Assembly (NCBI RefSeq): GCF_963921235.1 | Contig: NC_086097.1 | Coordinates: forward strand, 131,008,001-131,072,000 | Length of the DNA: 64,000 nucleotides | Source: Mobula hypostoma | Taxonomy: Eukaryota | Direction of reading: 5' to 3' | Part shown: positions 38,241-52,256 of the stretch, piece after piece | How the letters are laid out: the number at the start of each line of letters is the position of its first letter | How positions within the stretch are numbered: position 1 is the stretch's first letter | The notes under the pieces: model-generated | Told to the model about the DNA's origin: nothing | What the model saw: only the letters and a program-made list of their open reading frames with translations | Databases searched by the model: none | Program-made: the position numbers and the translations under genes

Positions 38241-38769
38241 AATACTTGACTATTATATTATGTTAACTAGCATAAACTCTGCGGGCTGAATGGTTTCCTT
38301 CAATGCTATGTGGAAAATTGAAAATCATCGATGTTGGTCTCCAATTGAAATCTGTAATCCTAATAGGAATTGGAAAAAAGATTTAAAATACCGTATTGTG
38401 ATAGAGAGGAATCAAATAGATGCTGAGGATATGCCTAAGGCCAGAAGACTTTAATCAAGCAATCAACAGAAACCAATACACAGCTTCAACTTTTGAAAAG
38501 GAATCATCTACTAAAAGTTTCATGAACTTTGATGAGGAACATCCAAAATTCCTTTTAGAAGATGAAAGTTCTAATATCTACCTTTAAGAGTAAGCCAGAA
38601 TGAGCTTCAGCAGGAAATAAAGGAGATTTACAGAGCATAGAAGGGAACAGCAGTCACAGCTGATTTATACAATAGATGACCATCAGCTTCCTGAAATAAT
38701 GGGAAGAAAGACAGGGCATGGAAAGAATATTTTCATTAATGGGACTGTAGGACCAGAAGACCAGAGTCA

Positions 38770-38970
38770 TTTCTTTAGCAGGTAGCAAATCTGTGGACAG
38801 CTATGGAAGCATATTTAAAGTGGAGGTTTACAGGTTCTTGATTAGTAAGTGCGACAAAGGTCACGGGGAGAAGGCAGGAGACTGGGGTTGAGAGGGAAAG
38901 TACATTAGCCATGATCAAAAGGTGGAGCAGACTCAAAAGGGCTGAATGACCTAACTCTGCTCCTTATCAA
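38770..38970 (+). mobile_element. CR1 3' end
   Basis: ggggagaaggcaggagactggggttgag...agccatgatc...ggagcagactc...gggctgaatgacctaactctgctcct. Confidence 0.75.
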
Positions 38971-40419
38971 CTTGCATGGTTTCATTTAAATCTTAAGTTT
39001 ATTCAAAGCAACTATATCAAAAGATGAAGAGAAGTTACTTCCAAAATTACGTAGTTTGTGGAAAACCGTTCTCTTGGTGGGGGAGGGGAAGTTTGCAGAT
39101 TCAATTGGACCCTTTTTGTCAACAAATCTCTTCAGGAGCCAGTTGGAACTAATGGTGCAATGCAGTACAGACCATTTGTACTGGAAAGATCGAGTTTTGT
39201 ATATGGTTAACTCAAATGAACAGACTTAGATCCTCCAGATGTTCCCAAACCAAGTTGAAAGTAGAATCTAAGGCAGACTCATTTAGCACTGCTTCCTCCT
39301 GGTTAGCAGAAGGTTCACACTTGACTAATGTCTCGCAAAGAAGAAAATCCAAAAAGAGTATAGGGGTGTTATTCATGATAATTTATTCAGTAGGAGAATC
39401 AAGTCAGCTGTGAACAATGTTAGAGGTTCAAAATCATAAAGAACTATTGGAATTGTCGATGTACAGGCAGGTCCGGTCAAAAATAATCACACAAAAGTTT
39501 ACTTCTACCACCAATAGAATTAACTTGTCTGGCACAATAGGCATTGGGGAAAAGATCAAACAATTCAGACTTTCTTGATCCAACAGGTAATGAGATATCA
39601 AAAAGTTGACACATCATGTTTAAGTTTGGCTGAATGAAGTGTTATTGCTGTCATTGCTGTCGAAGTCTTGTAACTACTTTCTAGGTACAATGAAGTTTAT
39701 TTTAATCAAAACTGAATTGTTGAAAATATCACTCTTGAAAAAGTGGTCAAATTGAATAAGTGACAAAGAAACAAGACAGTAAGTAGTCAAGTACAAATAA
39801 TGCTATCTGCTATTTTATACCGCATGATAATAGAACTATTTCATGACAACAATTTTACAATATTAATTATTTAGAAACAGAATTAAAAGTATGTCCAGCA
39901 TGTCCAAAATTGAGTTTTCCATTATGGATGAAACTTTAGTCAGTAATAAACATATTCCAGCAAAAATATTTTATAGATTTAGTTTATTACCAAAATACAT
40001 CAAAAATTATCATGTTTAGGTAAAATTAATCATGCAAATATATTCAAGGAAATTCTTTAATTTTTATGTGGTTGATAGGAAACCATTTTAACTTCTACTA
40101 AAATCTGCTTGTAAACTAGCAGGATTTACAAGGGAGCTTAGCAACAAAAGTCTCAGCATGTTCCATTATGGAACATGTTGTCCAATTTGAGTTATTTCAA
40201 GCTATGAAACTGCGATTGTTGGTAGTGTATGGCAAATGACCAAACAGATCCATGGAATATTTCGGAAAGAGCTTTTGCCTGCTTTTCTGTTGAAGGTGAA
40301 ACAAATGGAGATAGCAAAAAAGTTAAAAAAAATTGTCCATGTAAAAATCTCAAAATTTATTCAAGATATCAAACAAGTTATGAATGTCAGATTAAAAAAA
40401 TGTACACCAGAAATGCATT

Positions 40420-42490
40420 TTAGTAGACCGGAGAGGGTAGAGTGCTTTCTTGCAGGATGTGGGAAGACAGGGAGACCTCCAGTGCAAACACATCTGCAAG
40501 AAGCACATCCAGCTGCAGCTTCTTACAGACTGTGTTATAGAAGTGGAGCAATGTTGGTGACAAGCAGATGATAATGGTATCTGATTGCGAATCTGTGATT
40601 CATAGTGTACTATAGTGCTGAAACCTTGTTGTCTGACATCTATTGTATATTAATAACTTGGGTGAGACTGTAGAAGACATGATTAGTAGCTTTGCGGATG
40701 AGATACAAGTTGGTTGCGGAAAGCAAGAAAAGTTGTCTAAGCTACAGCAAGATACAAATTGGAGAGAAAATTGGCTGGGGCATTAGCAGATGGAATTTAA
40801 TTCCAACGGGGTATTGCTGAAGAAAAACATTTTTCAAAGCGAGCATGGCCTGTTGGGACATTCTGCAGAGCTTGAGATTGGACAAGTAGCTACTCTTACA
40901 AGAGAAATGCCCCCGCCAGATTTGAAAAGCGAGTGGGGCCTGTCAAAACATTTTCCAGAGTTGAGATTACACGTTACTAGGCACTAGGCACTTGGCAACA
41001 AGAGAATAAAAAAGTTACCCGTTTTAAGCAGAACAGCCACTGTGCAAATGGACCAGTTTTAGAGTGGGACACTGAGCCTTTGGCTTTAAGAAGCTTCGAT
41101 GCCGAGAGGTAGAGGTTAAGGTAAGCTTCTGCGAAGTTTCTTGTTCTTTCTTATCGGACAGTTAGAGCAGTGGGAATGAGAGTCAGGGCAGTGGAGTGTT
41201 CTCTTGCAGGATGTAGGAAGACAGGGAGACCTCCAGTATCCCTGGCAACTACACCTGCAACAAGTGCATCCAACTGCAGCTTCTTACAAACCATTTTAGG
41301 GAATTGGAGCTGGAGGACCTTATGGCTCATTTGAGACACAGAGGGTTGATTGACATGCGATACAGGGGAATAGTTACACCCAAGGTGCAAGACACAGATA
41401 AATGGACAACCATCAGGAAAGGAAAAAAGGGGTAGGTAATTACTGCAGGTCCCCCTGTAGCCATTCCCCTCAATAACAAGTATATTGCTTTGGATACTAT
41501 GGGAGGGGGCATATAATCTAGCAGAGGAAAGTAATAGCAGTCAGGTCTACAGCACCAAGTCTGGAATTGTGTATGAGAAAGGAAGGAAGAAGAGGCAAAT
41601 AGTAGTGATAAGCGTTTCACTAGTTTGGAGAACAGACAGGAAATTCTGTAGACAAGAATGAGATTCCAGGTGGTATGCTGCCTCCCAGGGACATCTTGGA
41701 TCAAGTCCATAGTATTCTGAAAGGAGAGGGTGAAGAGCAAGACATCATGGCCCATGTTTGTACTAATGACATAGACAGGAAGAGTGACAACTTTCAGCAA
41801 AGCTCCAGGAGTCAGGTTCTAGGTTAAAGTACAGAACTGCCAGGGTGATGATCTCAGCATTGCTACTTGTGCCACTTGCTCGTTAGGTTAGAAATAGGAA
41901 GACTATACATTTCAACATGTCGCTAAGGAGACATAAGCAGAAGAAGGGACTTCAGATTTTTGGATGATTAGGCTCTCTTCCAGCGGAGATGGGACGTGTA
42001 AAAACAGGACGGTTTGTATCTGAACTGGAGGAAGACTAATATCCTTGAAGGAAGGTCTGCTTGTGCTGCTTTGGTGGGGGGGGGGGGAAGGTTGGGAGGT
42101 TCAAACTAGAATTGTGCGGGGGGAGATGGGTATCAGGGTGCCAGGGCAGACAGTGGAGTGAATGTGGGTAAGTTGAAAGAGTAGAAGTTAAGCCTGCATA
42201 AAAACACAAACTAAACGGTTGAGCATGGTTGGACGAAGGTTCAGTTGCATTTTTTTCCAATGTAAGGGATAGTGTAGGTATGGTAGGTGAGTTTAGTGCA
42301 CAGATTGACAAATGTGAAATACTGAGTACAGGGCTTGTATGCTCCTGTAAGAATAAAAGGCATGGCTAACAGATTTAAGCAATCTTGGTTTGAGGAGCAT
42401 TGAAGCCCTGGTTAAGAAAGAGCTGCACAGTAGATATAGACAGCTAGGAACAAATGAAGCACTTGAGTATAGGAAATGCAAGAGAACACT
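40420..42490 (+). mobile_element. CR1 5' portion (UTR repeats, ORF1 zinc finger + esterase), with an upstream duplicate ORF1 fragment
   Basis: VEC(F/S)...GC...YTCNKCIQLQLL-type DNA at both 40430-40570 and 41185-41340. VPLNNKYIALDT and WYAASQG/VCCLPG-type esterase remnants. Confidence 0.7.
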
Positions 42491-42494
42491 TCAA

Positions 42495-45400
42495 AATTGA
42501 AAGTAAACTTATTATCAAAGTACATATATGTCAGCATACACAACCCTGAGATTCATTTTCTTGCAGGCATACTCTAGAAATCTGTAGTAGAACAATAACC
42601 ATAATATAAATCAAAGAAAGAACACACCAAATTGGGCATTCAACCAGTGTGCAAAAGACAACAAACTGTGTGGATACAGAAAGAAAGAATTTTCACAAAC
42701 TCCTAAGGAAACAGAGGCACTTCCGTGCTTTCTTCATAATTGCATTTATGTGCTAGACTCAGAACAGGTCCTCCAAAATAATAACACCAAGCAATTTAAC
42801 TTTGCTGACTCTCTCCACCTCTGATTCCCACAATGAAGATTGGCTCATGGACCTCTGGTTTCCTCCTTCTGAAGTTAATAATTACCTTCTTAGTCTTGCT
42901 GACCTTGAGTAAGAGGTGTTATCAGGGCACCACTCAGCCAGATTTTCAATCTCTCTCCTATATGCTGATTCATCACCACCTTTGATTAAGCCTATGACAG
43001 TGGTTTCATCAGCAAACTTGAATATGGCATTAGAGCTGTACTTGGCCACAGTCATATGTGTAAAGTGAGTAGAACAGGTAACTAAGCACATATCCCTGTG
43101 GTGCACCTGTGCTGATGGGAGATCATGGAGATATTGCTGGCAATCCAAACTGATTAGGTCCGCAAGTGAGGAAATCGAAAATAGAATTGCACAAGGAAGC
43201 ACGGAGGCCAAGGTCTTTGAAAGAATGATGGTATTTAATGTCGAGCTGTAGTCAATAATATATGCATCCTGATGTATGTATCTTTGCTACCCAGATGTTC
43301 CAGGGTTGAGTGAAGAGCCAGTGAGAAGGCATCTACTGTGGACTTGTTGCTCCAGTAGCCAAATTGGAGCAGATTGAAGTCACTCCTCAGGCAAGAGTTG
43401 ATATGTTTCATCACTAACCTCTCAAAACATTTCATCACTGTGGATGTAAGTGCTACCAGATGATACTCATTGAGGCAGGTCACCACACTGTTCTTGGGCT
43501 TTGGTATAATTGAAGCCTGCTTGAAGCAGGTGGGTACCTTGAATTGCCAAAGCACGAGTTTGCAGAGCTCAGTGAACACTCCAGCCATCTGATCAGCACA
43601 GGTCTTTAGTACTTGGCCAGATACCCTGCCTTTACCGGATCCTTTTCAGTCAGCCTCAGAGACTGAAATCACAAGATCATCAGGGGCTTTGGGAGTTTGT
43701 GTTGGTCCCTCCCTGTTCTGAGGGTCAAAACAAGCATAGAAGGCATAGACCTCATCTGCAATGAAGACTTGTTGTTGCCTATGTCACTTGAGTTAACTTT
43801 ATAAGAGGTGACAGTATTCAAGCCCTGCCACGACTGTCCAGCATCCTTCATTAGTTTAAGTTTAGTCCAGAATTGCCACATCCCCCATGAGATGGCATCC
43901 TGAAGATTGAACCTAAACCTCTTGTAATTTTCTTGGTCACCAAACTTGAATACCTCTGATCTAGTCCTCAATAGATTGCGGATCTCATGGTTCATCCAGT
44001 GTTTCTGGTTGGGAAGAAACTCAACTAAAACTGTTTTAAGTCCGTAAGACCTAGGAGCAGAATTCAGTCATTCAGCCCATCAGGTCTGCTCCGCCATTCC
44101 ATGATGGTTGATCCTATTCAACCCAATACAACTGCCTTCTCACCATATCCTTAGATGCCCTGACTGATCAGGAAACAACCAACTTCCACCTTAAGTATAC
44201 CCACAGACTTGGACTCCACAGCAGTCTGTGGCAGAACGTACCACAGATTCACTTACTGACTAAAAAACTCCTCCTTACCTCCATTGTAAAAGGTTATCCC
44301 TCAATTTTGAGGCTATGCCCTCCAGTTCTGGATACCCCCACCATAGAAAATACAGTCTCCACATCCACCTTATCTAGTCATTTCAACATTAGGTAGATTT
44401 CAATGAGATCCCACCACCCCCCCAGCATTCTTCTAAATTCCAGTGAGTACAGGCCCAAGGCTGCCAAATGCTCCTCATATGTTAACCCCTTCATTCCCAG
44501 AATCATCCTCATGAACCACCTTTGGACTCTCTCCAATGACAACACTTCCTTTCTGAGATTTGGAGTCCAAAACTGTTGACGATATTCCAAGTGCGGCCTG
44601 ATTAGTGCCTTATAAAGACTCAGCATTATCTCCTTGCTTTTATATTATATTCCCCTTGAAATAAATGCCAACATTGCATTGTTTTCTTTACTACAGATTC
44701 AACCTGTAAATTAACCTTCTGGGAGTCTTGCACAAGGACTCCCAAGTCCTCCTGCACCTCTGATGTTTAAACCTTCTCCCCATATAGATAATAGTCTGCA
44801 CTATTGTTTCTTTTCCAGAATGCGTTACCATACATTTTCTAACATTGTATTTCATCTGCCACCTTTTTGCCCATTCTTCCAATTTGCCTAAATCTTGTTG
44901 CAATCACATTGCTTCCTCAGCACCATCTACCCCTCCACCTATCTTCATATCAGCCGCAAACTTTGCCACAATGCCATCAGTTCCATTATCCAAATCACTG
45001 ACAAACAATGTGAAAAGTAGCGGTAAGGTTGTCCTTAATAACCATGGTGTATTCATTAAGATCTGCCAATGAGTTCACCAATGCAAAGCAATCCCATGGC
45101 GTTCCTCTGCTTCCTGCAACCATCTCTTTGTTGTCCTAACCTCTGGAGCTTTACACTTTAGCCTCTGCCAGCATGCATATAGCAACAGGACTAACAAGTG
45201 CTCAGATTTACTAAAATGCAGTCTGGGCATGGAGCAGTAGGCATTCCTCATCTTAATATAACAGTGGCCTAGTGTCTTGGGACCGCTGGTGTTACAGGTT
45301 ATATGCAGATGGTAATTAGACAGGGTTTTCTTCCAACAAGCTTTGATTCAAAATGCATCAGGGTGGACTGCTTCTTGATTGGAGACAGTATCATGCAGTA

Positions 45401-45625
45401 TCTCAAGTGCTTGATTTTATAGTAGGCCACTGGTAGTATGCAAACTGAAGTCAGGTTTATGAAGGACAACTCTCTAGGTAATTTGACAGGACAGAATTTG
45501 ACCATTAGGAGCTCAAGTTTGGGAGAACATGAGTTCGACAAACCCATCACATTGGAGAACCATCATGAATCACATACATTCACCTTTTGTCTTTTCCGAA
45601 TCAGTTCAGTCCATTCTGTGAATTG
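42495..45625 (-). mobile_element. Rex1/Babar-type LINE (endonuclease + RT remnants), interrupted by a CR1 at ~44040-45025
   Basis: VPTCFKQASIIPKPK...CLNEYHLVALTSTVMKCFERLV, FKFADETTVIGLIKGGDESAYRREIE, PKLELLMVKFCP...LPRE. Confidence 0.85.
44042..45025 (-). mobile_element. CR1 3' fragment
   Basis: LYKALIRPHLEY, WAKRWQMKYNVRKC. 3' end taagacctaggagcagaatt. Confidence 0.85.
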
Positions 45626-45629
45626 AGAG

Positions 45630-47340
45630 GACTTAAGAGGGAAATTAGGAAGGCTCAAAGAAGGAATGAGATTGCTCTCACAGACAAAATAAAGTCTTCT
45701 GCAAATATATTAAGGTCAAAAGGATAACAAGAAATGAAATTGATTCATTTGAAGATCAGTATGGTCATCCGAGCATGGAGCCGGAAGAGATAGGGAGATC
45801 TTAAATGGACTTTTTTTTGTCTGATATCAATAGTAGGTTGGGAATTATTGCAAGGTATTCAAAGGGACAGAATGTAAGTATTTGGATAGGCAGGGCCTGA
45901 TTAGGGATCATCAACGTGGCTTTGTGCATGGCAGCTCGTGTCTAACCAATCCTTAAGTTTTTCAAGGTGGATACCAGAAAGTTGATGAAGAAAAAGCAGT
46001 GGACATTATCCCACATGGGAGGCTGGTCCAAAAGGTTTAGTCACTTGGCATTCAGGATGAAGTAGTAAACTGGATTCAACATTAGCAGGAGAGGCCAGAG
46101 AGTGGAAGGAAGTGGTTGCCTCTCCGACTGGAGGCTTGTGACTGTTAGTGTGCCCAGGGACTGGTGCTGGGTCCATTGTTGTTTCTCATCTATATTAATA
46201 ATTTGGATGATAATGTGATAAACTGGATCAGCCAATTTGCATATGTAGCGAGGAAGGCTATCAAAATTTGCAGTGGGATCTGGGCCAGCTAGAAAAATGA
46301 GCTGGAAAATAGCAGATGGAATTTAACGCTGACCAGAGTGAAGTGTTTCACTTTGGGAGGACAAACTAGTGTCAGACTTACACAATAAACAGTAGGGCAC
46401 TGAGGAGTGCAGTAAAACAGAGGGATCTTGGAATACAGATCTATAATTCCTTAAAAGTGGCATCCCAGGCACATAGGGTTATAAAGAGAGAGCTTTTGGC
46501 ACATTGGGTTTCATAAATCAATTTGGGGTGTTATATTGAAATTGTATAAGATATTGGTGAGTGAAAATTTGGTATCTTGTATCCAGTTCAGGACACCTAC
46601 CTACCGAATAAGATTGAAAGAGTATAAAGAAGATTTACAAGTATGCTGTTGGGACTTGAAGACTTGAGTTATAGGGGGAAGTTGAATAGGTTACTTTATT
46701 CCATGAAGCATAGATGAATGAGGGGAAATTTGATAGAGGTATACAGAAGTTATGAGGTGTATAGATTGGGTAAATGCAAGCAAGCTTTTTCCACGGAGGT
46801 TGGGTGAAACTAGAAATAGAGGTCATAGGTTAAGGGTGAAAGATGAATTGTTTAAGGGGAACCTAAAGAGGAACACCTTTACTCAGAGGGAGGTGCAAGT
46901 GTGAAATAAGCTACTAGCGGAAGTGGTGGATGCAACATTTAAGTTTGGATAAATAATTGGATGGGCAGGCTATGGAGGGCTATGGTCAAGGAGGGGTTCA
47001 ATGGGACAAGGCAGAATAACTGTTTAGCACAGAAGGCTGGTTTCCATGCTGTAGTGCCCTATGATTCTGATTACAAGGTGTGCATTTTGGGAAGTCAAAC
47101 AGGGGAAGAACAAATACACAATTAATAATAGGGCAATATAGAATGATGAACAGAAGAATCTTAGACCTAGACTCATCTCAATAGTTGCAACACAGTCAAC
47201 AGGATGATAAAGGCAACATAAAGAAAAGTTTGTCGTATAGGTCAGGTCAAGAATATAAAAGTTGGTATACTGTGATACAATTTTACAAAACCAGTTGGCG
47301 AATTGTGTGCAATTCTGGTTACCACTCAATGGGAAGGTTG
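45630..47340 (+). mobile_element. Old CR1 ORF2 fragments
   Basis: caacgtggctttgtgcatggcagctcgtgtctaacc (QHGF..GxSCLTN), agtgtgcccagggactggtgctgggtcc (VPQG.VLGP), 3' tail ctatgattctga near 47060. Confidence 0.75.
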
Positions 47341-47493
47341 TAGTAGTGCTGGTAATCAATCATTTTTTACTCGTCCCCCATGCACCTCCAGTAAGTGAGA
47401 ACTAAATTTAATGCCATTAGTCTGAAAGTAACACATTTGATGAGTCTGCAATCCTAGTCTACTCAAATTGTATAAAAACATCAACAAAGTGAG

Positions 47494-47597
47494 TACAGTC
47501 CTGTTGAAGGGTCTTAGTCCAAAGCATCAACTATTTACTCTTTTCCATCAATGCTAACTGGCCTACTGAGTTCCTCCAGCATTTTGTGTATGTTGTT
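47494..47597 (+). mobile_element. Short Penelope 3'-end unit with degenerate hammerhead
   Basis: cagtc-ctgttga-agggtcttagtcc-aaagcatc...ccagcattttgtgtatgttgtt. Imperfect TSD aacaaa(g/a)tgag at 47483-47493 and 47598-47608. Confidence 0.75.
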
Positions 47598-47754
47598 AAC
47601 AAAATGAGATTAAAACCAAAAGCAATCCAATTCAAAGGATCAAATATAATCAAGTTGTTTGTGGCATTAAAAAGTCACCTCAGAATGGAAAAGTAGCAAA
47701 AAAAAGATCAAGGGAGCAAACTTTACAACAATACAAGTTTTCATGATTTGGACC

Positions 47755-48880
47755 ATAGACCTCAATACCTCCTCGTGCGACTGGATCCTTGATTTCCTCA
47801 CTTGCAGACCCCAGTCAGTACAGTTTGGCAACAATTTTTCCACAATCACCATCAGCACAGGTGCACCACAAGGTTGTGTGCTTAACCCTCTGCTCTACTT
47901 CCTTTATTCTTATGACTGTGAGGTTATGAACAGCTCCCTTGCCATATTTAAGTTTGCTGATTACACTACTGCTGTTGGTCAAATCAAAGGTGCTGATGAA
48001 CTGGCATATACAAGGGAGATTGAAAATCTGGTTGAATGGTATCACAACTAAAAACCTGTCACTCAATGCCAGCAAAACCAAAGTGCTGATGGTTCACTAC
48101 AGGAGGAAGAAATCAGAGGTCCATGAGCCAGTCCTCATCAGGGGATTTGAGATGGAGAAAGTCCTTGAACTTTAAACTCCTTGGCAAGAATTTCTCACAT
48201 CATATCAGAGGATCTGACGGGGACCAGCACATAAGTGCCAATAGAATGAAGGTGAGTCAGTGCTTCTACTTTCTTATAAGTTTGCACAGATTTGACATGT
48301 TGACTAAAACTTTGACACCCAGATGCACAGTAGAGAGTATATTAACTGGTTGCACCACAGCCTGGTATGGAAACAACACCAAGAACAGAAAAGCTTACAA
48401 ATAGTGGTTGACACAGGCCAGTCCATCACAGGAAAAGCCCTCCCCACCATTGAGCACAACAATACTGCTACAAGTAGTATCTTTCAAGGACCCCCACCAT
48501 CCAGCCCATGCCACCTTCTTGCTACTGCCACTGTGATGGCAATACAGGAGCCTTCAGTCCACACCATCAGGTTCAGGGATAGTTATTACCCTCTAACCAT
48601 CTGCCTCCTGAACCAGCATGAATAACTTCCTACCTCAACACTGAACTGGTTCCAAACCTATGGACTCATTTTCAAGGACTCTACAGCTCATGTCCTCAGT
48701 ATTGTTTACTTTTTTATAATGCATTTCCTTTGTACATTGGTTGTCAGTCTTTGTGTGTAGTTTTTCATTGATTCTATTGTATTTCTTTGTTCTACTGTGA
48801 ATGTCTGCAAGAAAATTAATCTCAGGGTAATACATGGTGATATATACATATTTTGATAATAAATTTACTGTGAACTTCGA
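47755..48880 (+). mobile_element. Rex1/Babar-type LINE 3' half
   Basis: [15 protein letters not shown]...[15 protein letters not shown]...YDC...[11 protein letters not shown]. Tail aataaatttactgtgaactt. Confidence 0.88.
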
Positions 48881-50399
48881 TTATTCCAAATGAATGTAGT
48901 TACGTAAAAAAACATAATAGGTTAGCGAACACTCAGGACCCAGTGTACAATTGAATTCTGCATGGGTGCAAACATTATTGAGTCTAACGCAAAACACTTC
49001 ACCCAACCTTCAAGCTTATTACTTGCCTTTTTAGCTAAGATACATCAGTTGCTCAAAATCATCAGGTATTAAGTGAAACATCTTCAACCTGAAACATTCT
49101 TCTCACAGTTGCTGTCTGACTTGCTCAGTATTTCCAGCATTTTCTCTTTTTATTATGCCTTGTTCCCATGCTATAATTTCCTATATTTACTCAGATTTCT
49201 GGCATTTATTGCTTTTCTTTCATTGTAATGTGGCCAAATTAGGGGAGTCAAAGCAATCCCATTAGAGGCCTCTACCTATTCAAAGTTCTTTGGCTTCATT
49301 AACTTCACACTGTTCTGTTAGTTGCCAGGAAATTGTTTTGATTGGAAGAAGTTATTTCTGTGCAAATGTATTAATAAATACAATCTAAATTCTACAGATA
49401 TGGAAAGCATAAAAAATGAAATATTCCCTAATTAAAAGAAACTCATTAAATAACTGACTAAAGGAACAATGCTGAAAGGAAACTGAACCATTTCCCATAA
49501 GGCCCTAAGATATAGGGGCAGAATTAGACTATTCAGCCCATTAGGCCTGGTAACAGGTCTTGTGACAAGATTTTGTTACCAGATCTAGGAGAAAATAATT
49601 AAGTAACTGCAGGCTCCAAAGGTGGCGAACCAAACTTATGCCTTTCATAAAGCTCAATGCTTCCATCACCATATATTAAGTGGTATGCAGATAGAAGACC
49701 TGCATTGAAACGTCCAACTTGTTGCACAGAGCACTGCATATGCTGGATCCACTGAAAGCTAATACAGAATAAGATCAAAGATAGTGACTTGAATCAAGTG
49801 TCCCATAGTGCCAAAGCAAAAAAAAACTTGTTGTAATAAAAACATTTACTCAGTCAGAGAAATTTTCTTTAGAATTGCTTACATATCCTTAGGATGTCAT
49901 AGGAAGATCAGTAGACATTTTCTGAAAGGGTTGTACATATTTCAGTGACATGCATTTCATGAAGTGCGCTGTACTGGCACAGGCATAAAAAGAAATAACA
50001 GCAGTGCAGTATCATCATGAGCTCCTCTTCATTTTGGGTTCAAGTTAGGATGGGTACTTTATGTTTTAGACCGACTGTTGTATATTGGTCGGATGGTCTT
50101 TCCTGGTTTTGGGCCACATTGTCTTCTTTGAGGGAGAGTCAGCGCCAAGGATAGGAAAAGTGAGCACCAAGATCTTGCTGCTAAGTGAAGCAATAATCAT
50201 GTACAAGATGCCTGATATTCTTATTATATCTCCAACAAGCTTTCAGCAGGCATTTAAATGGTGACTTCAACAAACTATAGCAACTAATGGTGGGAAAGTT
50301 TTTTGTATTCTGCATACAAGAGATCTTGGTAAGTTATTACAGGGCAAACTACAACCCTGGCATTGGGAATATTTAAACTACTTAAGCACATACCCAGAC

Positions 50400-50780
50400 A
50401 GTTACATTGCACAGGAAACTACAGATAGTAGTGATTTTGCCCAATACATCCCTCCTCACCAGTGGCAGTTTCATGAGGTACTGCCTCAAGAAGGCAAAGT
50501 CCACAGATACCCATTATCCGGGCCATTCCTTCTTTTCACAGCTACCACAGGAGATGCAGAAGTCTGAAATCCCACAACAGGTTGAAGAACAGCTACTTCT
50601 GGTGAACCATTCTGTTCTCAAATCCACCAGCAAAACCTTAATCACCACTACAGTTTAGCAACACTATGACAACTCTGATAACTTTGAACTAAAATGTGCC
50701 TTTTTGGTTCTGGTGGTGCTTTTTTTCTTTAAAAAATTGACTATAATTTGTTTCTCTTTTGAATGCTGTTTATATGATGC
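50400..50780 (+). mobile_element. Rex1/Babar-type 3' remnant
   Basis: HRKLQIVV...RYCLKKA...THYPGHSFFSQLP. Confidence 0.6.
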
Positions 50781-52104
50781 ACAAGGAAATTGAAAGATAA
50801 AGATAAACAAGTCCTCTGTGGAGACATTTCCTTCCAATTCTTTTTTTAACCATTTAATGCATATGAATTTGGTTTATTTTGCTTAAACAATAGGACCTGC
50901 CAAAATATATTGATTTGTAGGATACCTTTGGAACAATTCAGCACAATTTTTGTCAGCATAGCATGAAAATGTATTACAAAAAATATATTTTCCATTAATT
51001 ATTCAGACCTCAGATAGAATTTTCATCAGATTTAAATCAAAACCAATTTCTGACCCAAGACCAGAATTTCCAGCTTCTGCTATTATAATACTTGTAAATT
51101 GTTTCTTTGCTTCAATCATGCTCTTCTGAATGCTAGCATCAGAGGACATACACAAAGGATACAATTCTTGACTTGTGACAGCTAATGAGTATCAGGTCTA
51201 ACAAATCTGACTTTAAATGTACCCTCTGAACCGGCAAGCAATTTAATACTTTTCAAAAGCAATTTTCCTATTGTGCTGTAAAATTTAAGCGCAGTATTTA
51301 AAGTCAACAATAATGTGATGAATTATGTATTTTTTATATACATGGCAAGTAGAGTGTGGTCTATATTAACCACAACTCTGCTAGTCTATTCTTCAATGAT
51401 GTCACATCCCTCTAGCACTTAACAGTTACTATGTGTCAGTCATGGAATATTACAGTTAATTATGTCTAAGACTAGTACTTTTAACAATGAAACTAAGAGA
51501 AATGGGCTGAACAAAGGACACAAAACAGTAAACATCAAAACTTTCAGCATGAATATAATACTCTTTAGTCTATCAACGTAGACAGTATGACAGATCCCTT
51601 ACTGAGGCAGCTTACTGTTACACCATTCCCAAACAGCCTAAGCAAATAATGTCTGAGCTGACAGAAAAAGATGAACATAAGAAATCTTTTGAAAGTAGCT
51701 TAAAAATGTTTAAATTCTAATGACACCCTTTTGCCCTCATTCTTAATGCCCTGAAATATCTCACTCAGAAAGAGCAATAAAAGGGCTGTACCATTGCTAT
51801 CCACAACTTTTTTTTTATTTAACTAACATTCTGGTTATCATTAACTATGTTATAACACATATTAGCTACTAGTTGGTGTTGAATCCAGAGCTTAAATTAC
51901 AGATATAGTTAATCTTTAGACTCGTACAAATTTCTACAGAGAAGCAGGATGTTGCACAGATCAAATCTCCCCTAAACAGATATTTCTAGAACACGTTTCT
52001 TTTTCTGCATAACAGTCCTTTAAACACATAAATCCACTGATATTTATGGCAACCTGATGGATAATGTAGCTTGGTAACTGCATTATTTATTGAATTTGGC
52101 AATT

Positions 52105-52256
52105 TAGCTAAGTGGTTCCATTCTTGCCTTGAAGTCAAAAAGTGGTGGATTAAAGCCTTACTTTAAACAGACACTAATGAAACAGGAAAAGCTGTACTGC
52201 TCAGAGGTGCCAGCTTTCCAAACGAATATATTAAGTTAGAGCCCATCTGCCTGCTT
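52105..52256 (+). mobile_element. Degenerate DeuSINE-like fragment (Deu core)
   Basis: gctgtactgctcagaggtgccagctttccaaacgaatatattaagttagagcccatctgcc resembles the Deu core as recalled (gcactgtcagaggtgccgtctttcggatgagacgttaaaccgaggccccgtctgcc). Confidence 0.5.

Noticed and set aside
50068..50099. Small hairpin ccgac...gtcgg
   Set aside because: Short and G-U dependent, with no ncRNA hallmarks.
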